Source: an uncultured Oscillospiraceae bacterium
Lineage (GTDB): Bacteria > Bacillota > Clostridia > UMGS1840
Length of the DNA stretch: 37,280 bases
Direction of reading: 5' to 3'
Assembly (NCBI GenBank): GCA_964410755.1
Contig: CAYPIJ010000002.1
Location: 1 to 37,280 of the forward strand
Shown: piece after piece, positions 19,197 through 30,522 of the stretch
Layout of the letters: each line of letters starts with the position of its first letter
Position numbering within the stretch: position 1 is the first letter of the stretch
The notes under the pieces: model-generated
What the model was told of the DNA's origin: nothing
What the model saw: only the letters and a program-made list of their open reading frames with translations
Databases searched by the model: none
Translations under genes and position numbers: made by a program

Positions 19197-19798
19197 AAAC
19201 GAAGGTTGGCGTTCTTGTTTCCGGCGGAGGAACAAATTTACAGGCTATTTTGGACGCTGTAAAAAGCGGAATAATAAAAAGCGGTGAAATAAGCCTTGTT
19301 GTTTCCAACAACGAAAACGCTTATGCTTTAAAAAGAGCCGAAAACGCAGGTGTAAAAACAGCTGTTGTTTTAAAGAAAAATTGCTCTTCACAAGAAGAAT
19401 TCGAAAGAAAAATAATTGACTGTTTGGAAGAAAGCGACATTGAAGTTATTGTTTTGGCGGGATTTATGAGCATACTCAGCGAAAATTTCACCACACGTTA
19501 CAAAAACAGAATAATAAACGTTCACCCCTCACTTATCCCCTCTTTTTGCGGAAAAGGCTTTTACGGACTTAAGGTTCACGAAGAAGCTTTAAAATACGGT
19601 GTTAAGGTTACGGGTGCAACGGTTCACTTTGTAAACGAAATCCCCGACGGGGGAAAAATAATAATGCAAAAAGCCGTTGAAATCAAAGATGGTGATACTC
19701 CGGAAATTTTGCAAAAAAGAGTTATGGAGGAGGCAGAATGGAAAATACTGCCTCTCTCACTGGAAAAAGTTTGCAAAGAAATCAGCACAACAAAATAA
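19190..19798 (+). CDS. purN: Phosphoribosylglycinamide formyltransferase
   Basis: [21 protein letters not shown] and the GATVHFV...DGG motif. The start overlaps the purM stop. Confidence 0.93.
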   Translation: MLKTKVGVLVSGGGTNLQAILDAVKSGIIKSGEISLVVSNNENAYALKRAENAGVKTAVVLKKNCSSQEEFERKIIDCLEESDIEVIVLAGFMSILSENFTTRYKNRIINVHPSLIPSFCGKGFYGLKVHEEALKYGVKVTGATVHFVNEIPDGGKIIMQKAVEIKDGDTPEILQKRVMEEAEWKILPLSLEKVCKEISTTK

Positions 19799-19815
19799 CG
19801 AAAGGTAAAAAAGAA

Positions 19816-20541
19816 ATGGAAAGCATATATAAAATAAACGATTTTTCCCAGTTACTTGAACAAAACGCTTATGCCGGCAGAGGTATTGCGGTAGGAAAAA
19901 GTGAAAATGGAAAATATGGTGTTACCGCTTACTTTATTATGGGAAGAAGCGAAAACAGCCGTAACAGAATATTTGAAGAAAAAGAAAATGATGAGGTAAT
20001 CATTTATCCCTTTGACGAATCAAAGGTTGAAGACCCCTCACTTATAATATATTCACCCATAAGAAAAATCGAAAATTCTCTTATTGTAACAAACGGTGAC
20101 CAAACAGATACCGTTTATAATTTTCTTAAAAATGGAAAAACATTTGAAGAAGCTTTGGAAACTCGTGAATTTGAGCCAGACGCTCCGAATTTCACACCAA
20201 GAATAAGTGCAATTATGAATTTTTGCGAAAATGATTTTTCTTATAAAATGAGTATTTTAAAAAGCGAAGACGAAAACGGAAGCGAGTGTGCAAGATACAC
20301 ATACAGTTACAAACCTTTGTGCGGTATGGGTAACTTTATCCACACATACAACCACGACGGAAACCCACTCCCCACTTTTACGGGAGAACCCAAAAGAATT
20401 AAAATTCCAAACGATATAGACGAATTTACAAATTCAATTTGGAACAGCTTAAACGAAGAAAACAAAATATCTTTATGCGTCAAATTTATCGACTTAAAAA
20501 CAAAAGAGTCACAAACTCGCATAATTAACAAAAACAAATAA
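19816..20541 (+). CDS. purO: IMP cyclohydrolase, PurO-like (archaeal-type); start re-called to ATG at 19816
   Basis: YAGRGIAVGKSENG...YFIMGRSENSRNR matches the IMP_cyclohyd family pattern. The tracked ORF start at 19738 lies inside purN. Confidence 0.8.
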   Translation: MESIYKINDFSQLLEQNAYAGRGIAVGKSENGKYGVTAYFIMGRSENSRNRIFEEKENDEVIIYPFDESKVEDPSLIIYSPIRKIENSLIVTNGDQTDTVYNFLKNGKTFEEALETREFEPDAPNFTPRISAIMNFCENDFSYKMSILKSEDENGSECARYTYSYKPLCGMGNFIHTYNHDGNPLPTFTGEPKRIKIPNDIDEFTNSIWNSLNEENKISLCVKFIDLKTKESQTRIINKNK

Positions 20542-20555
20542 GGAGAATTTCATAT

Positions 20556-21740
20556 ATGAAAGAATTTGAATTGAAATACGGTTGCAATCCCAACCAAAAG
20601 CCCGCAAGAATATATATGGAAAACGATAAAGATTTACCCATAGAAATTTTGTGCGGACGTCCCGGTTATATCAATTTTCTCGATGCTTTCAACAGCTGGC
20701 AGTTAGTAAAAGAAATAAAAAAAGCAACAGGACTTCCTTGTGCAACATCATTTAAGCATGTTAGCCCCACATCTGCCGCAGTTGGCATAAAAATGAGCGA
20801 GAATTTGAAAAAAGCTTGCTTTGTTGACGATATTGAAGGTCTTGACGATTCTCCTCTTGCAACAGCTTATGCAAGAGCAAGAGGAACAGACAGAATGTCA
20901 TCTTTCGGCGACTGGATAGCTCTTTCCGACAAATGTGACGTAACAACGGCTAAGCTTATTGCAAGAGAAGTTTCCGACGGAATTATAGCTCCCGACTACG
21001 AACCGGAAGCACTTGAAATTTTGAAAACAAAAAGAAAAGGTTCATACAACATAATAAAAATTGACGAAAACTACATACCGGAAGAAAAAGAAAGGAAACA
21101 GGTTTTCGGAGTAACCTTTGAACAAGGCAGAAACAATTTCAAAATTGACGAAGAACTTTTAAAAGAAATCGTAACTAACAACAAAGAAATTACGGAAGAA
21201 GCGAAAAGAGACCTTATAATTGCACTTATTACACTTAAATATACACAGTCAAATTCCGTTTGCTATGCTTGCGACGGACAGGCAATAGGTGTAGGTGCAG
21301 GTCAGCAGTCACGTATTCACTGTACACGTTTGGCTGGAAACAAAGCCGATATATGGCATTTAAGACAGCACGAAAAAGTTCTCAATCTTCCCTTTAAGGA
21401 CGATGTAAGAAGACCGGACCGAGATAACGCAATTGATGTTTACATTTCCGACGATGACGAAGATGTATTGGCAGACGGAATTTGGGAAACTTTGTTTACT
21501 GAAAAGCCCGAACCTCTTACAAAAGAAGAAAAGAAAGAATATCTTTCAAAAATCAAAGGTGTTGCACTTGCTTCCGATGCATTCTTCCCCTTTGGCGACA
21601 ACATTGAACGTGCGGCAAAAAGCGGTGTTTCCTACATTGCACAACCGGGCGGTTCAATAAGAGATGACAATGTAATAGAAGCCTGCAACAATCACAAAAT
21701 TGCAATGTGCTTTACAGGTATGAGATTATTCCATCACTAA
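20556..21740 (+). CDS. purH: AICAR formyltransferase (PurH C-terminal AICARFT domain only, no MGS-like IMPCH domain)
   Basis: 394 aa, starting LKYGCNPNQKPA and ending in the C-terminal FTGMRLFHH typical of PurH. The roughly 200-aa N-terminal cyclohydrolase domain is absent. Confidence 0.9.
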   Translation: MKEFELKYGCNPNQKPARIYMENDKDLPIEILCGRPGYINFLDAFNSWQLVKEIKKATGLPCATSFKHVSPTSAAVGIKMSENLKKACFVDDIEGLDDSPLATAYARARGTDRMSSFGDWIALSDKCDVTTAKLIAREVSDGIIAPDYEPEALEILKTKRKGSYNIIKIDENYIPEEKERKQVFGVTFEQGRNNFKIDEELLKEIVTNNKEITEEAKRDLIIALITLKYTQSNSVCYACDGQAIGVGAGQQSRIHCTRLAGNKADIWHLRQHEKVLNLPFKDDVRRPDRDNAIDVYISDDDEDVLADGIWETLFTEKPEPLTKEEKKEYLSKIKGVALASDAFFPFGDNIERAAKSGVSYIAQPGGSIRDDNVIEACNNHKIAMCFTGMRLFHH

Positions 21741-21756
21741 AAGGAGGTATTTTTCA

Positions 21757-23013
21757 ATGAAAATTATGGTTGTTGGCGGCGGTGGAAGAGAACACGCTAT
21801 AATAAAGAAAATAAAAGAAAACAAAGAAGTCGAAAAAATATATGCACTCCCCGGAAACGGTGGTATTTCGGAAGATGCACAATGTGTTGACATAAACGCA
21901 AAAGACATTGACAAAATAGTTGAATTTGCAGTGGAAAACAGCATTGATTTTGCCGTTGTTGCACCCGATGACCCACTTGTTTTGGGTGCGGTTGACAAAT
22001 TAAACGAAAAAGGCATAAAAACTTTCGGACCTAAGAAAAATGCCGCAATAATTGAGGGAAGCAAAGTTTTTTCAAAAAACTTTATGAAAAAATACAATAT
22101 TCCAACAGCAAAATACGAAGTTTTCCAAAATATGCAAGATGCACTTGAATATTTAAAAACAGCTCCTATTCCGACAGTTATCAAAGCTGACGGTCTTGCA
22201 CTGGGAAAAGGTGTTATAATTGCTCTTACAAGAGAAGAAGCAATTAACGGTGTAAAAACTATTATGGAAGACAAAATTTTCGGTGAAAGCGGTAACAACA
22301 TAGTAATCGAAGAATTTTTAGAAGGACCGGAGATTTCCGTTTTGGCATTTACCGACGGTGACACAATTGTTCCTATGGTTTCCTCAATGGACCATAAGCG
22401 TGCACTTGACAATGACGAGGGATTAAACACCGGCGGAATGGGAACTGTTGCTCCAAACCCTTATTATACAAATGAAATTGAAAAAGAATGTATGGAAAAG
22501 ATTTTCATTCCGACAATCACTTCAATGAAAAAAGAAGGACGTCCTTTTTCAGGTTGTCTTTATTTCGGACTTATGCTTACAAAAGACGGTCCTAAGGTAA
22601 TTGAATACAACTGCCGTTTCGGAGACCCGGAAACACAAGTTGTTCTTCCCCTTTTGAAAAGCGACCTTTTGGATATTATGCTTAAAATATCCGATAACAA
22701 GCTTAATGAAGCAAAGGTTGAATTTTCTGACGGTGCCGCTTGTTGCGTAATTATGGCATCAAAGGGCTATCCTCAAAAATATGAAACAGGCTTTGAAATC
22801 ACAATGCCAAAAGATAACGAAATATTTGTTGCGGGAGCAAAAAAAGAAGACGGAAAACTTCTTACTTCCGGTGGCAGAGTTTTGGGCGTAACCGGTGTTT
22901 CCGATAATTTGGAAAACGCAATCAAAAAAGCTTACGAAAAAGTATCGGAAATAAAATTTGAAAATGCTTATTACAGAAAAGATATAGGAAAAAAAGCTTT
23001 AATGAAAAACTAA
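21757..23013 (+). CDS. purD: Phosphoribosylamine--glycine ligase
   Basis: MKIMVVGGGGREHA, an ATP-grasp core, EYNCRFGDPE and SGGRVLGV. Confidence 0.95.
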   Translation: MKIMVVGGGGREHAIIKKIKENKEVEKIYALPGNGGISEDAQCVDINAKDIDKIVEFAVENSIDFAVVAPDDPLVLGAVDKLNEKGIKTFGPKKNAAIIEGSKVFSKNFMKKYNIPTAKYEVFQNMQDALEYLKTAPIPTVIKADGLALGKGVIIALTREEAINGVKTIMEDKIFGESGNNIVIEEFLEGPEISVLAFTDGDTIVPMVSSMDHKRALDNDEGLNTGGMGTVAPNPYYTNEIEKECMEKIFIPTITSMKKEGRPFSGCLYFGLMLTKDGPKVIEYNCRFGDPETQVVLPLLKSDLLDIMLKISDNKLNEAKVEFSDGAACCVIMASKGYPQKYETGFEITMPKDNEIFVAGAKKEDGKLLTSGGRVLGVTGVSDNLENAIKKAYEKVSEIKFENAYYRKDIGKKALMKN

Positions 23014-23058
23014 AATTCAATTTGCCCTAAAAAACGGGCGGAAAGGCGATATAAATTT

Positions 23059-26000
23059 ATGGTTTACAGACTGTATGTTGAAAAAAAAGAAGAATTTGCA
23101 AACGAGGCAAAATCTTTGAAAAACGATATTATAAATCTTTTGAGAATAACATCTCTTACAGATTTGAAAATTATTAACAGATACGACGTTGAAAACATTG
23201 ACAAAGATTTGTTTGAATACTCCAAAGCAACGGTATTTTCCGAGCCACAGCTTGATGATGCTTACGAAGAAATGGATTTTTCAAACAAAAATGTTTTTGC
23301 CGTTGAATATCTTCCGGGTCAGTTTGACCAAAGAGCAAGCTCGGCATCGGAATGTTTACAGCTTATCTCAAAAAAAGACAGACCATTGGTTAAAACAGCA
23401 AAAATATATGTTCTTTTCGGAAATGTAACCGAAGAAGAAAAAGATAAAATCAAAAAATATGTTATCAACCCCGTTGAAGCAAGAGAGGCAACACTTTCAA
23501 AATTTGAAACATTGAAGGCTCAATATGAAATTCCGACAGAAGTTAAAATTTTAGACGGATTTCGTAAACTTGACGAAAACGGATTGAAAGACTTTTTGGA
23601 CAAAAACGGTCTTGCAATGGATATTGACGATTTGAAATTAACACAAAGCTATTTTAAATCGGAAGACAGAGACCCAACAATAACGGAAATCAAAATGATT
23701 GACACATATTGGTCGGATCACTGCCGTCATACAACGTTTTTAACAAGAATAGACAACGTTACATTTGAAGACACTCTTTTAAAAGAAACCTACGATGAAT
23801 ATATTAAGGTAAGAGAAGAACTTAACCGTACAAAGAGTATTACTCTTATGGACATCGGTACAATCGTTGTTAAATATTTGAGAAAATCGGGAAAATTGGA
23901 CAAGCTTGACGAATCCGAAGAAATCAATGCCTGCACAGTTAAAATTAAAGTAAACGTTGAGGGCAAAGACGAAGATTGGCTTCTCCTTTTCAAAAACGAA
24001 ACACACAACCACCCAACGGAAATCGAGCCTTTCGGTGGTGCAGCTACTTGTATAGGCGGTGCAATCAGAGACCCGCTTTCGGGAAGAAGCTATGTTTACG
24101 GTGCTATGCGTGTTACAGGTGCGGCAAATCCGCTTAAAAAAGTTTCCGAAACAATGAAGGGAAAACTTCCGCAGAGAAAAATAGTAACAACAGCGGCAAA
24201 CGGTTATTCTTCCTACGGTAACCAAATAGGTCTCGCAACGGGACAGGTTGACGAAGTATATCACGACGGATATGTTGCAAAAAGAATGGAAATCGGTGCT
24301 GTTATTGCCGCAGCTCCGGAAAAAAATGTAAGACGTGAACGTCCCATAGACGGAGATATCGTTATTCTTTTGGGCGGAAAAACAGGAAGAGACGGTTGCG
24401 GTGGTGCAACAGGTTCTTCAAAATCTCACACCTTGGATTCTTTGGAAAACTGCGGTGCCGAAGTTCAAAAAGGTAATGCTCCCGAAGAAAGAAAGCTCCA
24501 AAGACTTTTCAGAAATGAAGAAGCATCTAAGCTTATCAAACGCTGTAACGACTTTGGTGCAGGCGGTGTAAGTGTTGCTATCGGAGAATTGGCAGACGGC
24601 TTGGAAATAAATCTTAATGCAGTTCCCAAAAAATACGACGGTTTGGACGGAACAGAGCTTGCAATTTCCGAATCACAAGAAAGAATGGCTGTTGTTGTTG
24701 ACAAAAACGATGTTGAGCGTTTCTGTCAGCTTGCAAAAGCAGAAAACCTCGAGGCAACGGTTGTTGCACAAGTTAAAGATAAACCTAACCTTGTTATGAA
24801 ATGGAACGACAAGGAAATCGTTAATATAAAAAGAGAATTTCTTGATTCCAACGGTGCGGAAAAACATATTGATGTTGTTGCATCTGCTCCAAAGAATTTT
24901 GAAAAGAATATCGACAAAGACTTTAACGAAATGTATCTTGAATTGGCAGACGATTTAAACGTATGCTCAAAAAGAGGCTTATCCGAAAGATTTGACTCTA
25001 CAATCGGTGCGGGAAGTGTTCTTATGCCTTTCGGTGGCAAAAACCAAAAAACTCCCGTACAGGCTATGGTAAACAAAATTTCTGTTGAGAAAAAACATAC
25101 TGACACATGCTCCTTTATGGCATGGGGATATAATCCCATGATAAGTGAAAAAAGCCCTTACCACGGTGCATATTTGGCAGTTGTGGAATCCGTTTCAAAG
25201 CTTATTGCAACAGGTGCAAAATTTGAAGATGTATATCTTACATTCCAAGAATATTTTGAAAAACCCGGTAAAAATTCAAGAAGTTGGGGCAAACCGCTTT
25301 CTGCACTTTTGGGAGCTTTCAAAGCTCAAAAAGAACTTGAAATCGGTTCAATAGGCGGTAAAGACTCTATGAGCGGAACTTTTGAAGATATTACTGTTCC
25401 TCCTACACTTGTTTCTTTTGCCGTTACAACAGGAGATTCAAACGAAGTTGTTTCACCTGAATTCAAAAAATCAGGCAGTAAAGTTGTACTTTTAAAATGC
25501 GAATACGACGAAAACAATTTACCGATTACAAAAAGCTTACTTGAAAACTTCGATACGGTTTACAAACTTGTAAAAGAGAAAAAAGCTTTGAGTGTTTACA
25601 CGCCTACTTACGGTGGTATTGCGGAAGCCGTTATGAAAATGGCAATGGGTAACGACATCGGTTTTGAATATGAAAGCGGAATTTCAAAAGAAGATATTTT
25701 CGGATATTCATACGGTTCTTTCGTAATTGAACTTGAAAGCGAAGAAAATATCGGTATTACATTGGGTCATACAACTACTAAAAAAGAAATTTCATACAAT
25801 AACGAAAGTGTTTCCTTTGAAAAACTTTTCGGAATTTACGAAAACAAACTTGAAGAAATTTATCCTTGCAACATAAAAACAACAAACAGTAAAGTTGAAA
25901 CTTTCAACTTTAACGCAACAAACAGAGTTGCACCGAAAATCAAAGTTGCAAAGCCTAAGGTTCTTATCCCAGTATTCCCGGGTACCAACTGTGAATACGA

Positions 26001-26748
26001 CACTGCAAAGGCTATGAACGATGCGGGAGCCGAAAGCGAGATATTTGTTATCAATAACTTATCCTCAAATGACGTTTCCGAATCTGTAACAGCATTTGCA
26101 AACAAAATCAAAGAATCGCAAATTATCTTTATACCGGGCGGATTTTCCGGCGGTGACGAACCTGACGGTTCAGGTAAATTTATAACCGCATTTTTCAGAA
26201 ATCCCGAAATTAAAGATGCCGTAAGCGAGCTTTTGGATAACAGAGACGGTCTTATGTGTGGTATTTGTAACGGTTTCCAGGCACTTATAAAATTGGGTCT
26301 TGTTCCTTACGGAAAAATTATCGACACAGACGAGCATTGCCCCACACTTACATACAACACAATAGGACGTCACCAATCGAAGCTTGTTCGCACAAGAATT
26401 GCTTCCAACAAATCTCCGTGGCTTTCAAAAGTAAACGTTGGCGATATTTACACAGTTCCCGTTTCTCACGGTGAAGGAAGATTTATTGCAGAAGAAGCTC
26501 TTATCAAAAAACTTGCTGAAAACGGTCAAATAATTACACAATACGTTGACTTAAACGGCAATCCTACTTTTGATATTCAGTATAACCCCAACGGTTCATT
26601 CTGTGCAATCGAGGGTATCACCTCACCTGACGGCAGAGTTTTGGGTAAAATGGGTCACAGTGAACGTAAAGGAAGCAACCTTTATAAAAACGTTGACGGA
26701 AACTTTGACATGAAGATGTTTGAAAGTGCCGTTGAATATTTTAAATAA
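23059..26748 (+). CDS. purL: Phosphoribosylformylglycinamidine synthase, large fused (PurS-PurL-PurQ) type
   Basis: 1229 aa. Contains [24 protein letters not shown]-like and a C-terminal glutaminase domain with GICNGFQ and the HGEGRF catalytic motif. Confidence 0.95.
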   Translation: MVYRLYVEKKEEFANEAKSLKNDIINLLRITSLTDLKIINRYDVENIDKDLFEYSKATVFSEPQLDDAYEEMDFSNKNVFAVEYLPGQFDQRASSASECLQLISKKDRPLVKTAKIYVLFGNVTEEEKDKIKKYVINPVEAREATLSKFETLKAQYEIPTEVKILDGFRKLDENGLKDFLDKNGLAMDIDDLKLTQSYFKSEDRDPTITEIKMIDTYWSDHCRHTTFLTRIDNVTFEDTLLKETYDEYIKVREELNRTKSITLMDIGTIVVKYLRKSGKLDKLDESEEINACTVKIKVNVEGKDEDWLLLFKNETHNHPTEIEPFGGAATCIGGAIRDPLSGRSYVYGAMRVTGAANPLKKVSETMKGKLPQRKIVTTAANGYSSYGNQIGLATGQVDEVYHDGYVAKRMEIGAVIAAAPEKNVRRERPIDGDIVILLGGKTGRDGCGGATGSSKSHTLDSLENCGAEVQKGNAPEERKLQRLFRNEEASKLIKRCNDFGAGGVSVAIGELADGLEINLNAVPKKYDGLDGTELAISESQERMAVVVDKNDVERFCQLAKAENLEATVVAQVKDKPNLVMKWNDKEIVNIKREFLDSNGAEKHIDVVASAPKNFEKNIDKDFNEMYLELADDLNVCSKRGLSERFDSTIGAGSVLMPFGGKNQKTPVQAMVNKISVEKKHTDTCSFMAWGYNPMISEKSPYHGAYLAVVESVSKLIATGAKFEDVYLTFQEYFEKPGKNSRSWGKPLSALLGAFKAQKELEIGSIGGKDSMSGTFEDITVPPTLVSFAVTTGDSNEVVSPEFKKSGSKVVLLKCEYDENNLPITKSLLENFDTVYKLVKEKKALSVYTPTYGGIAEAVMKMAMGNDIGFEYESGISKEDIFGYSYGSFVIELESEENIGITLGHTTTKKEISYNNESVSFEKLFGIYENKLEEIYPCNIKTTNSKVETFNFNATNRVAPKIKVAKPKVLIPVFPGTNCEYDTAKAMNDAGAESEIFVINNLSSNDVSESVTAFANKIKESQIIFIPGGFSGGDEPDGSGKFITAFFRNPEIKDAVSELLDNRDGLMCGICNGFQALIKLGLVPYGKIIDTDEHCPTLTYNTIGRHQSKLVRTRIASNKSPWLSKVNVGDIYTVPVSHGEGRFIAEEALIKKLAENGQIITQYVDLNGNPTFDIQYNPNGSFCAIEGITSPDGRVLGKMGHSERKGSNLYKNVDGNFDMKMFESAVEYFK

Positions 26749-26762
26749 GGAGAATTCAAACC

Positions 26763-28427
26763 ATGACAGATATAGAAATTGCACAAAGTGCAAAATCCGA
26801 ATTTATCGGTGACATCGCAAAAAGAGCCGGTATTGACGAAAAATATGTTGAATATTACGGAAGAAACAAGGCAAAAATCGACTTATCGCTTTTGAAAGAA
26901 AGCGATAAGCCCGACGGTAAGCTCATTCTTGTTACGGCAATCACGCCTACACCTGCAGGTGAGGGAAAAACAACAACTACAATCGGACTTGCCGACGGAA
27001 TGAAAAAAATCGGTAAAAATGCCGTTGTAGCTTTAAGAGAGCCATCTTTGGGACCTGTTTTCGGTATGAAAGGCGGAGCCGCAGGTGGCGGTTACGCTCA
27101 AGTTATACCTATGGAAGACATAAATCTTCATTTTACAGGCGATTTTCATGCAATTGGTGCCGCAAACAATCTTCTTGCGGCAATGCTTGACAACCACATA
27201 TATCAAGGAAATACACTTAATATCGACCCAAGAAGAATTACTTGGAAAAGATGTGTCGATATGAACGACAGACAATTAAGATATGTAACAGACGGTTTGG
27301 GAGGCAGAGTAAACGGCGTTCCAAGAGAGGACGGCTACGACATTACCGTTGCATCTGAAATTATGGCTGTTTTGTGCCTTGCAAATTCCGTAAGCGACTT
27401 AAAGGAAAGACTTTCAAAAATCATTGTTGCATACACCTACAACGAAGAGCCGATAACAGCGGGGATGCTTAATGCTCACGGTGCTATGACGGCACTTTTG
27501 AAAGATGCAATCAAGCCTAATCTCGTTCAAACTCTCGAAGGTAACCCTGCCCTTATTCACGGTGGACCTTTTGCCAACATCGCTCACGGTTGCAACAGTG
27601 TTATAGCAACAAAAATGGCTATGAAATTGGGAGATTATGCTATTACAGAGGCGGGATTCGGTGCAGATTTGGGTGCTGAAAAATTCCTCGACATAAAATG
27701 CAGATATGCTGGAATTAATCCTTCTTGCGTTGTTCTTGTTGCAACTGTAAGAGCTTTAAAAATGCACGGTGGTGTTCCTAAAACAGAGCTTTCGACTGAA
27801 AATAAAGATGCACTTTTGAAAGGTATGCCCAATCTTTTAAGACACATTTCCAACATAACAGATGTTTACAAGCTTCCTTGCGTTGTTGCCGTAAACAAAT
27901 TCCCAACAGATACTGAAGACGAAATCAACCTTATTATTTCCGAATGCAAAAAACTAGGTGTCAACGTTGTTCTTTCAAATGTATGGGCTGAAGGCGGAAA
28001 CGGTGGAATTGATCTTGCAAAAGAAGTTATATCTTTGTGTGAAAAAGAAAATAATTTTGAATATGCATACACACTTGACGGTACAATTGAAGATAAAATC
28101 AACGCTATTGTAAAGAAAATTTACAGAGGCAACAATGTTATATTTACAAAAGATGCAAAAAAACAAATTGACAAACTCACTGAATTGGGCTTTGATAAGC
28201 TCCCTGTTTGCATGGCTAAAACTCAATACAGTTTTTCCGACGACTTGACAAAAACAGGCGCACCCGACAATTTTGACATAACGGTAAGAAACGTTAAGAT
28301 TAGTGCAGGTGCAGGATTTATTGTAGCTTTGACAGGTAATATTATGACAATGCCCGGACTCCCCAAAAAACCGGCAGCCGAAAATATTGACGTTGACGAA
28401 AACGGAAAAATTACAGGTCTATTTTAG
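26763..28427 (+). CDS. fhs: Formate--tetrahydrofolate ligase
   Basis: [16 protein letters not shown]-loop, [19 protein letters not shown], length 554 aa. Confidence 0.96.
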   Translation: MTDIEIAQSAKSEFIGDIAKRAGIDEKYVEYYGRNKAKIDLSLLKESDKPDGKLILVTAITPTPAGEGKTTTTIGLADGMKKIGKNAVVALREPSLGPVFGMKGGAAGGGYAQVIPMEDINLHFTGDFHAIGAANNLLAAMLDNHIYQGNTLNIDPRRITWKRCVDMNDRQLRYVTDGLGGRVNGVPREDGYDITVASEIMAVLCLANSVSDLKERLSKIIVAYTYNEEPITAGMLNAHGAMTALLKDAIKPNLVQTLEGNPALIHGGPFANIAHGCNSVIATKMAMKLGDYAITEAGFGADLGAEKFLDIKCRYAGINPSCVVLVATVRALKMHGGVPKTELSTENKDALLKGMPNLLRHISNITDVYKLPCVVAVNKFPTDTEDEINLIISECKKLGVNVVLSNVWAEGGNGGIDLAKEVISLCEKENNFEYAYTLDGTIEDKINAIVKKIYRGNNVIFTKDAKKQIDKLTELGFDKLPVCMAKTQYSFSDDLTKTGAPDNFDITVRNVKISAGAGFIVALTGNIMTMPGLPKKPAAENIDVDENGKITGLF

Positions 28428-28436
28428 GAGGTATAA

Positions 28437-28979
28437 ATGAGCACTACAAAAAAATTAACAAGAACGGCAATTTTACTTGCTCTTATGCTTGTTGTACAAT
28501 GCTTTAAAAACTTTTCACCATATATTACAGGTCCTATTGTAAATTTAATTTTACTTGTGGCATTTAGCTTTGTGGATTTGAAAAGCAGTATTGCTCTTTG
28601 CGTGCTTGCTCCCGTAACTTCCTATTTAATCACTCAAAGCCCCTTAATTACAGCAACAAACTTTGCTGCACTACCCGTAATTATGATTGGAAATATTATA
28701 TATGTTATAAGTGTATATATTTTTTCCAAAGAAAATATTTTCACATCAGAAAATTTAAAGCTAATATTCGGGCTTTTCTTTGGTTGTATATTAAAATGGG
28801 TATTTATGTTTTTAAGCTCGGAATGGGTATTGAAAACAATATTCAGCAAAAATCTTACAGGTATGCTCGCAAAGAAAATAGGTGTGATGTTTGGTTCATT
28901 ACAGCTTATTGCAGGCTTAATAGGTGCCGTATTATTCTTTGTAATTTATAAAATTCTTAAAAAAGCAGATATTAAATAG
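28437..28979 (+). CDS. Small six-TM membrane protein, ECF-transporter S-component-like (folate-family substrate is a guess from context)
   Basis: 180 aa with about 6 hydrophobic segments and an N-terminus KKLTRTAILLALMLVV typical of ECF S components. GGAGG RBS. It follows fhs directly in the ZTP-controlled operon. Confidence 0.45.
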   Translation: MSTTKKLTRTAILLALMLVVQCFKNFSPYITGPIVNLILLVAFSFVDLKSSIALCVLAPVTSYLITQSPLITATNFAALPVIMIGNIIYVISVYIFSKENIFTSENLKLIFGLFFGCILKWVFMFLSSEWVLKTIFSKNLTGMLAKKIGVMFGSLQLIAGLIGAVLFFVIYKILKKADIK

Positions 28980-28995
28980 GAAAGGAGAATTTATA

Positions 28996-29829
28996 ATGGC
29001 AGAAGAAAAATGCAATCACGATTGCAGCTCGTGTTCTTCAAAATGCGAAAACGAAAAACAAAGTTTTATTGAAAAACCAAACGAGCTCAGCAACATAAAA
29101 AAAGTTATAGGTATAGTAAGCGGTAAAGGTGGCGTCGGAAAATCTCTCGTTACTTCCCTGCTTGCTTCAAATATGAATAAACAAGGCTACAATGTGGGAA
29201 TTTTAGATGCCGATATTACAGGTCCCTCAATTCCAAAAGCATTCGGAATTAATTCCGAAATTCAAGGTGGAGATTTGGGAGCATTCCCCGCAAAAAGCAA
29301 AAACGATGTTGAAGTAATGTCTCTTAACCTTTTGCTGGACGACGAAACAACCCCCGTTGTTTGGAGAGGCCCCGTTATTGCAGGTGCCGTAAAACAATTT
29401 TGGACAGATATTATCTGGGCTGATGTGGATTATCTCTTTATCGATATGCCCCCCGGAACAGGCGACGTTCCCCTTACGGTATTCCAATCAATTCCCCTTG
29501 ACGGAATTATAATTGTAACTTCACCGCAAGAGCTTGTGGGAATGATTGTTGAAAAAGCAGTTAAAATGGCAAATATGATGGATATTCCCGTTTTGGGTAT
29601 TGTGGAAAATATGTCATACTTTGAATGTAAAGACTGCGGAAAAATCCACTACATCTACGGCGAAAGCAAAGTTGAAGAGCTTGCAAAAAGATACAAGATA
29701 GATACTGTTTACAAAATTCCAATCGACTCTACCATTGCAGAGCTTTGCGACAAGGGTATGATTGAAGATTACGACAAAGTTGATATGAACAACGTTTGTG
29801 AAAAGTTAAAAACTCTTATGAATAAATAA
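28996..29829 (+). CDS. Mrp/NBP35 (ApbC) family Fe-S cluster carrier ATPase
   Basis: Deviant Walker A SGKGGVGKS, the CxxC motif in FECKDCGK, and a Cys-rich N-terminal tail CNHDCSSCSSKC. Confidence 0.9.
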   Translation: MAEEKCNHDCSSCSSKCENEKQSFIEKPNELSNIKKVIGIVSGKGGVGKSLVTSLLASNMNKQGYNVGILDADITGPSIPKAFGINSEIQGGDLGAFPAKSKNDVEVMSLNLLLDDETTPVVWRGPVIAGAVKQFWTDIIWADVDYLFIDMPPGTGDVPLTVFQSIPLDGIIIVTSPQELVGMIVEKAVKMANMMDIPVLGIVENMSYFECKDCGKIHYIYGESKVEELAKRYKIDTVYKIPIDSTIAELCDKGMIEDYDKVDMNNVCEKLKTLMNK

Positions 29830-29852
29830 CAAAAATTAAGTTGATTTTATAT

Positions 29853-29893
29853 GCAAGTGTAACAAAAATTATTTTTTTGTCAAAAACACTTGC
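29853..29893. repeat. Interrupted 41-bp inverted repeat between mrp and the ferredoxin gene
   Basis: GCAAGTGT (29853-60) pairs with ACACTTGC (29886-93), and an inner ACAAAAA (29862-68) pairs with TTTTTGT (29874-80). No U-tract follows. The 3' arm overlaps the putative -35 of the fdx promoter. Confidence 0.5.
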
Positions 29894-29918
29894 AAAAATC
29901 GCTTAAATATAGTAATAT
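29890..29918 (+). promoter_or_regulatory. Putative promoter of the ferredoxin gene
   Basis: TTGCAA (29890-95), a 17-nt spacer, then TAATAT (29913-18). Confidence 0.45.
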
Positions 29919-29986
29919 AGATATGATGTTATTATGTTTTTTGTAAATTGATATAACAAAATAGTTAAATTAATTTGGAGGTGTGA

Positions 29987-30160
<174 letters not shown>

Positions 30161-30188
30161 TTGCGGAAATATTTTCACAAAATATAAA

Positions 30189-30216
30189 AAGTGTACCTTA
30201 TGGTGCACTTTTTTGT
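30189..30216 (+). terminator. Intrinsic terminator after the ferredoxin gene
   Basis: AGTGTACC-TTAT-GGTGCACT (8 bp, one GU) followed by TTTTTTG. Confidence 0.7.
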
Positions 30217-30260
30217 TTTTAAATTTTTTATCCATAATCAATAATTTTTTATTAAAAATG

Positions 30261-30289
30261 TTGCAATTTTTTAAAAATTCTGTTATAAT
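30261..30289 (+). promoter_or_regulatory. Putative extended -10 promoter driving the candidate RNA/leader
   Basis: TTGCAA (30261-66), a 17-nt spacer ending in TGT, then TATAAT (30284-89). Confidence 0.5.
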
Positions 30290-30294
30290 GAAGC

Positions 30295-30521
30295 TACCAC
30301 ATATTTATTAATACAACTAAATAATGATTAAAACATAACGGTATTTTTTGAATACCTTTGTTTGTTTATCAATAAAACGTAAATAATATTCTTGTTAAAA
30401 ACGTAGCTTGAATTATGAAATCGTTTTATTGTTAAATTTCGTATTAATAGATGTGTGGTAACATTGAAACAAGCCTCGTTTTTATGCGTGGCATGACTTT
30501 TGATGTTGCCACGCATTTTTT
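30295..30521 (+). ncRNA. Candidate structured RNA or cis-regulatory leader (unclassified)
   Basis: It is bounded by a promoter and a + strand-specific terminator, with no ORF that has an RBS. A 19-bp long-range helix (30295-30313 with 30442-60; 17 WC + 2 GU) encloses two hairpins. One spans 30326-70 (core GGTATT/AATACC) and the other is a 10-bp stem (30370-79 with 30422-31). Confidence 0.35.
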
Positions 30522-30522
30522 A
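30484..30522 (+). terminator. Intrinsic terminator at the 3' end of the candidate RNA, immediately before the next RBS
   Basis: ATGCGTGGCA (30484-93) pairs with TGCCACGCAT (30507-16), a 10-bp stem with a 13-nt loop, followed by a T-run to 30521. The opposite strand has no T-run. Confidence 0.75.

Noticed and set aside
19738-19815. An upstream extension of the IMP cyclohydrolase ORF overlapping purN
   Set aside because: The extension lies within purN coding sequence in another frame. The ATG at 19816, after the purN stop, gives the family-typical N-terminus.
21726-22430. A 234-aa minus-strand ORF antisense to the purH 3' end and purD
   Set aside because: It mirrors two strongly supported plus-strand genes. 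Its product is Ser/Ile/Phe-rich and low in complexity, and I found no RBS. It is a typical antisense shadow ORF in AT-rich coding DNA. The same reasoning applies to 3819-4709 (+), 12695-13255 (+), 14670-15239 (+), 23779-24264 (-), 24726-25139 (-) and the other short antisense ORFs in the track.
30328-30516. A 62-aa minus-strand ORF inside the candidate RNA region, plus tiny plus-strand ORFs (MKLPHIY, MKSFYC, and a 27-aa ORF from the ATG at 30451)
   Set aside because: None has a Shine-Dalgarno sequence. The minus-strand ORF would start inside the plus-strand terminator stem. I treat the region as non-coding.
30295-30521. T-box leader or 6S RNA as the identity of the structured region
   Set aside because: GUGUGGUAAC superficially resembles the T-box GGUGGUACC. 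However, the ACCGCG continuation, the specifier-loop/Stem I features and an aminoacyl-related downstream gene are all absent. A 6S-like single long irregular hairpin with a central bubble does not fit the two-hairpin junction either. The region is left unclassified.
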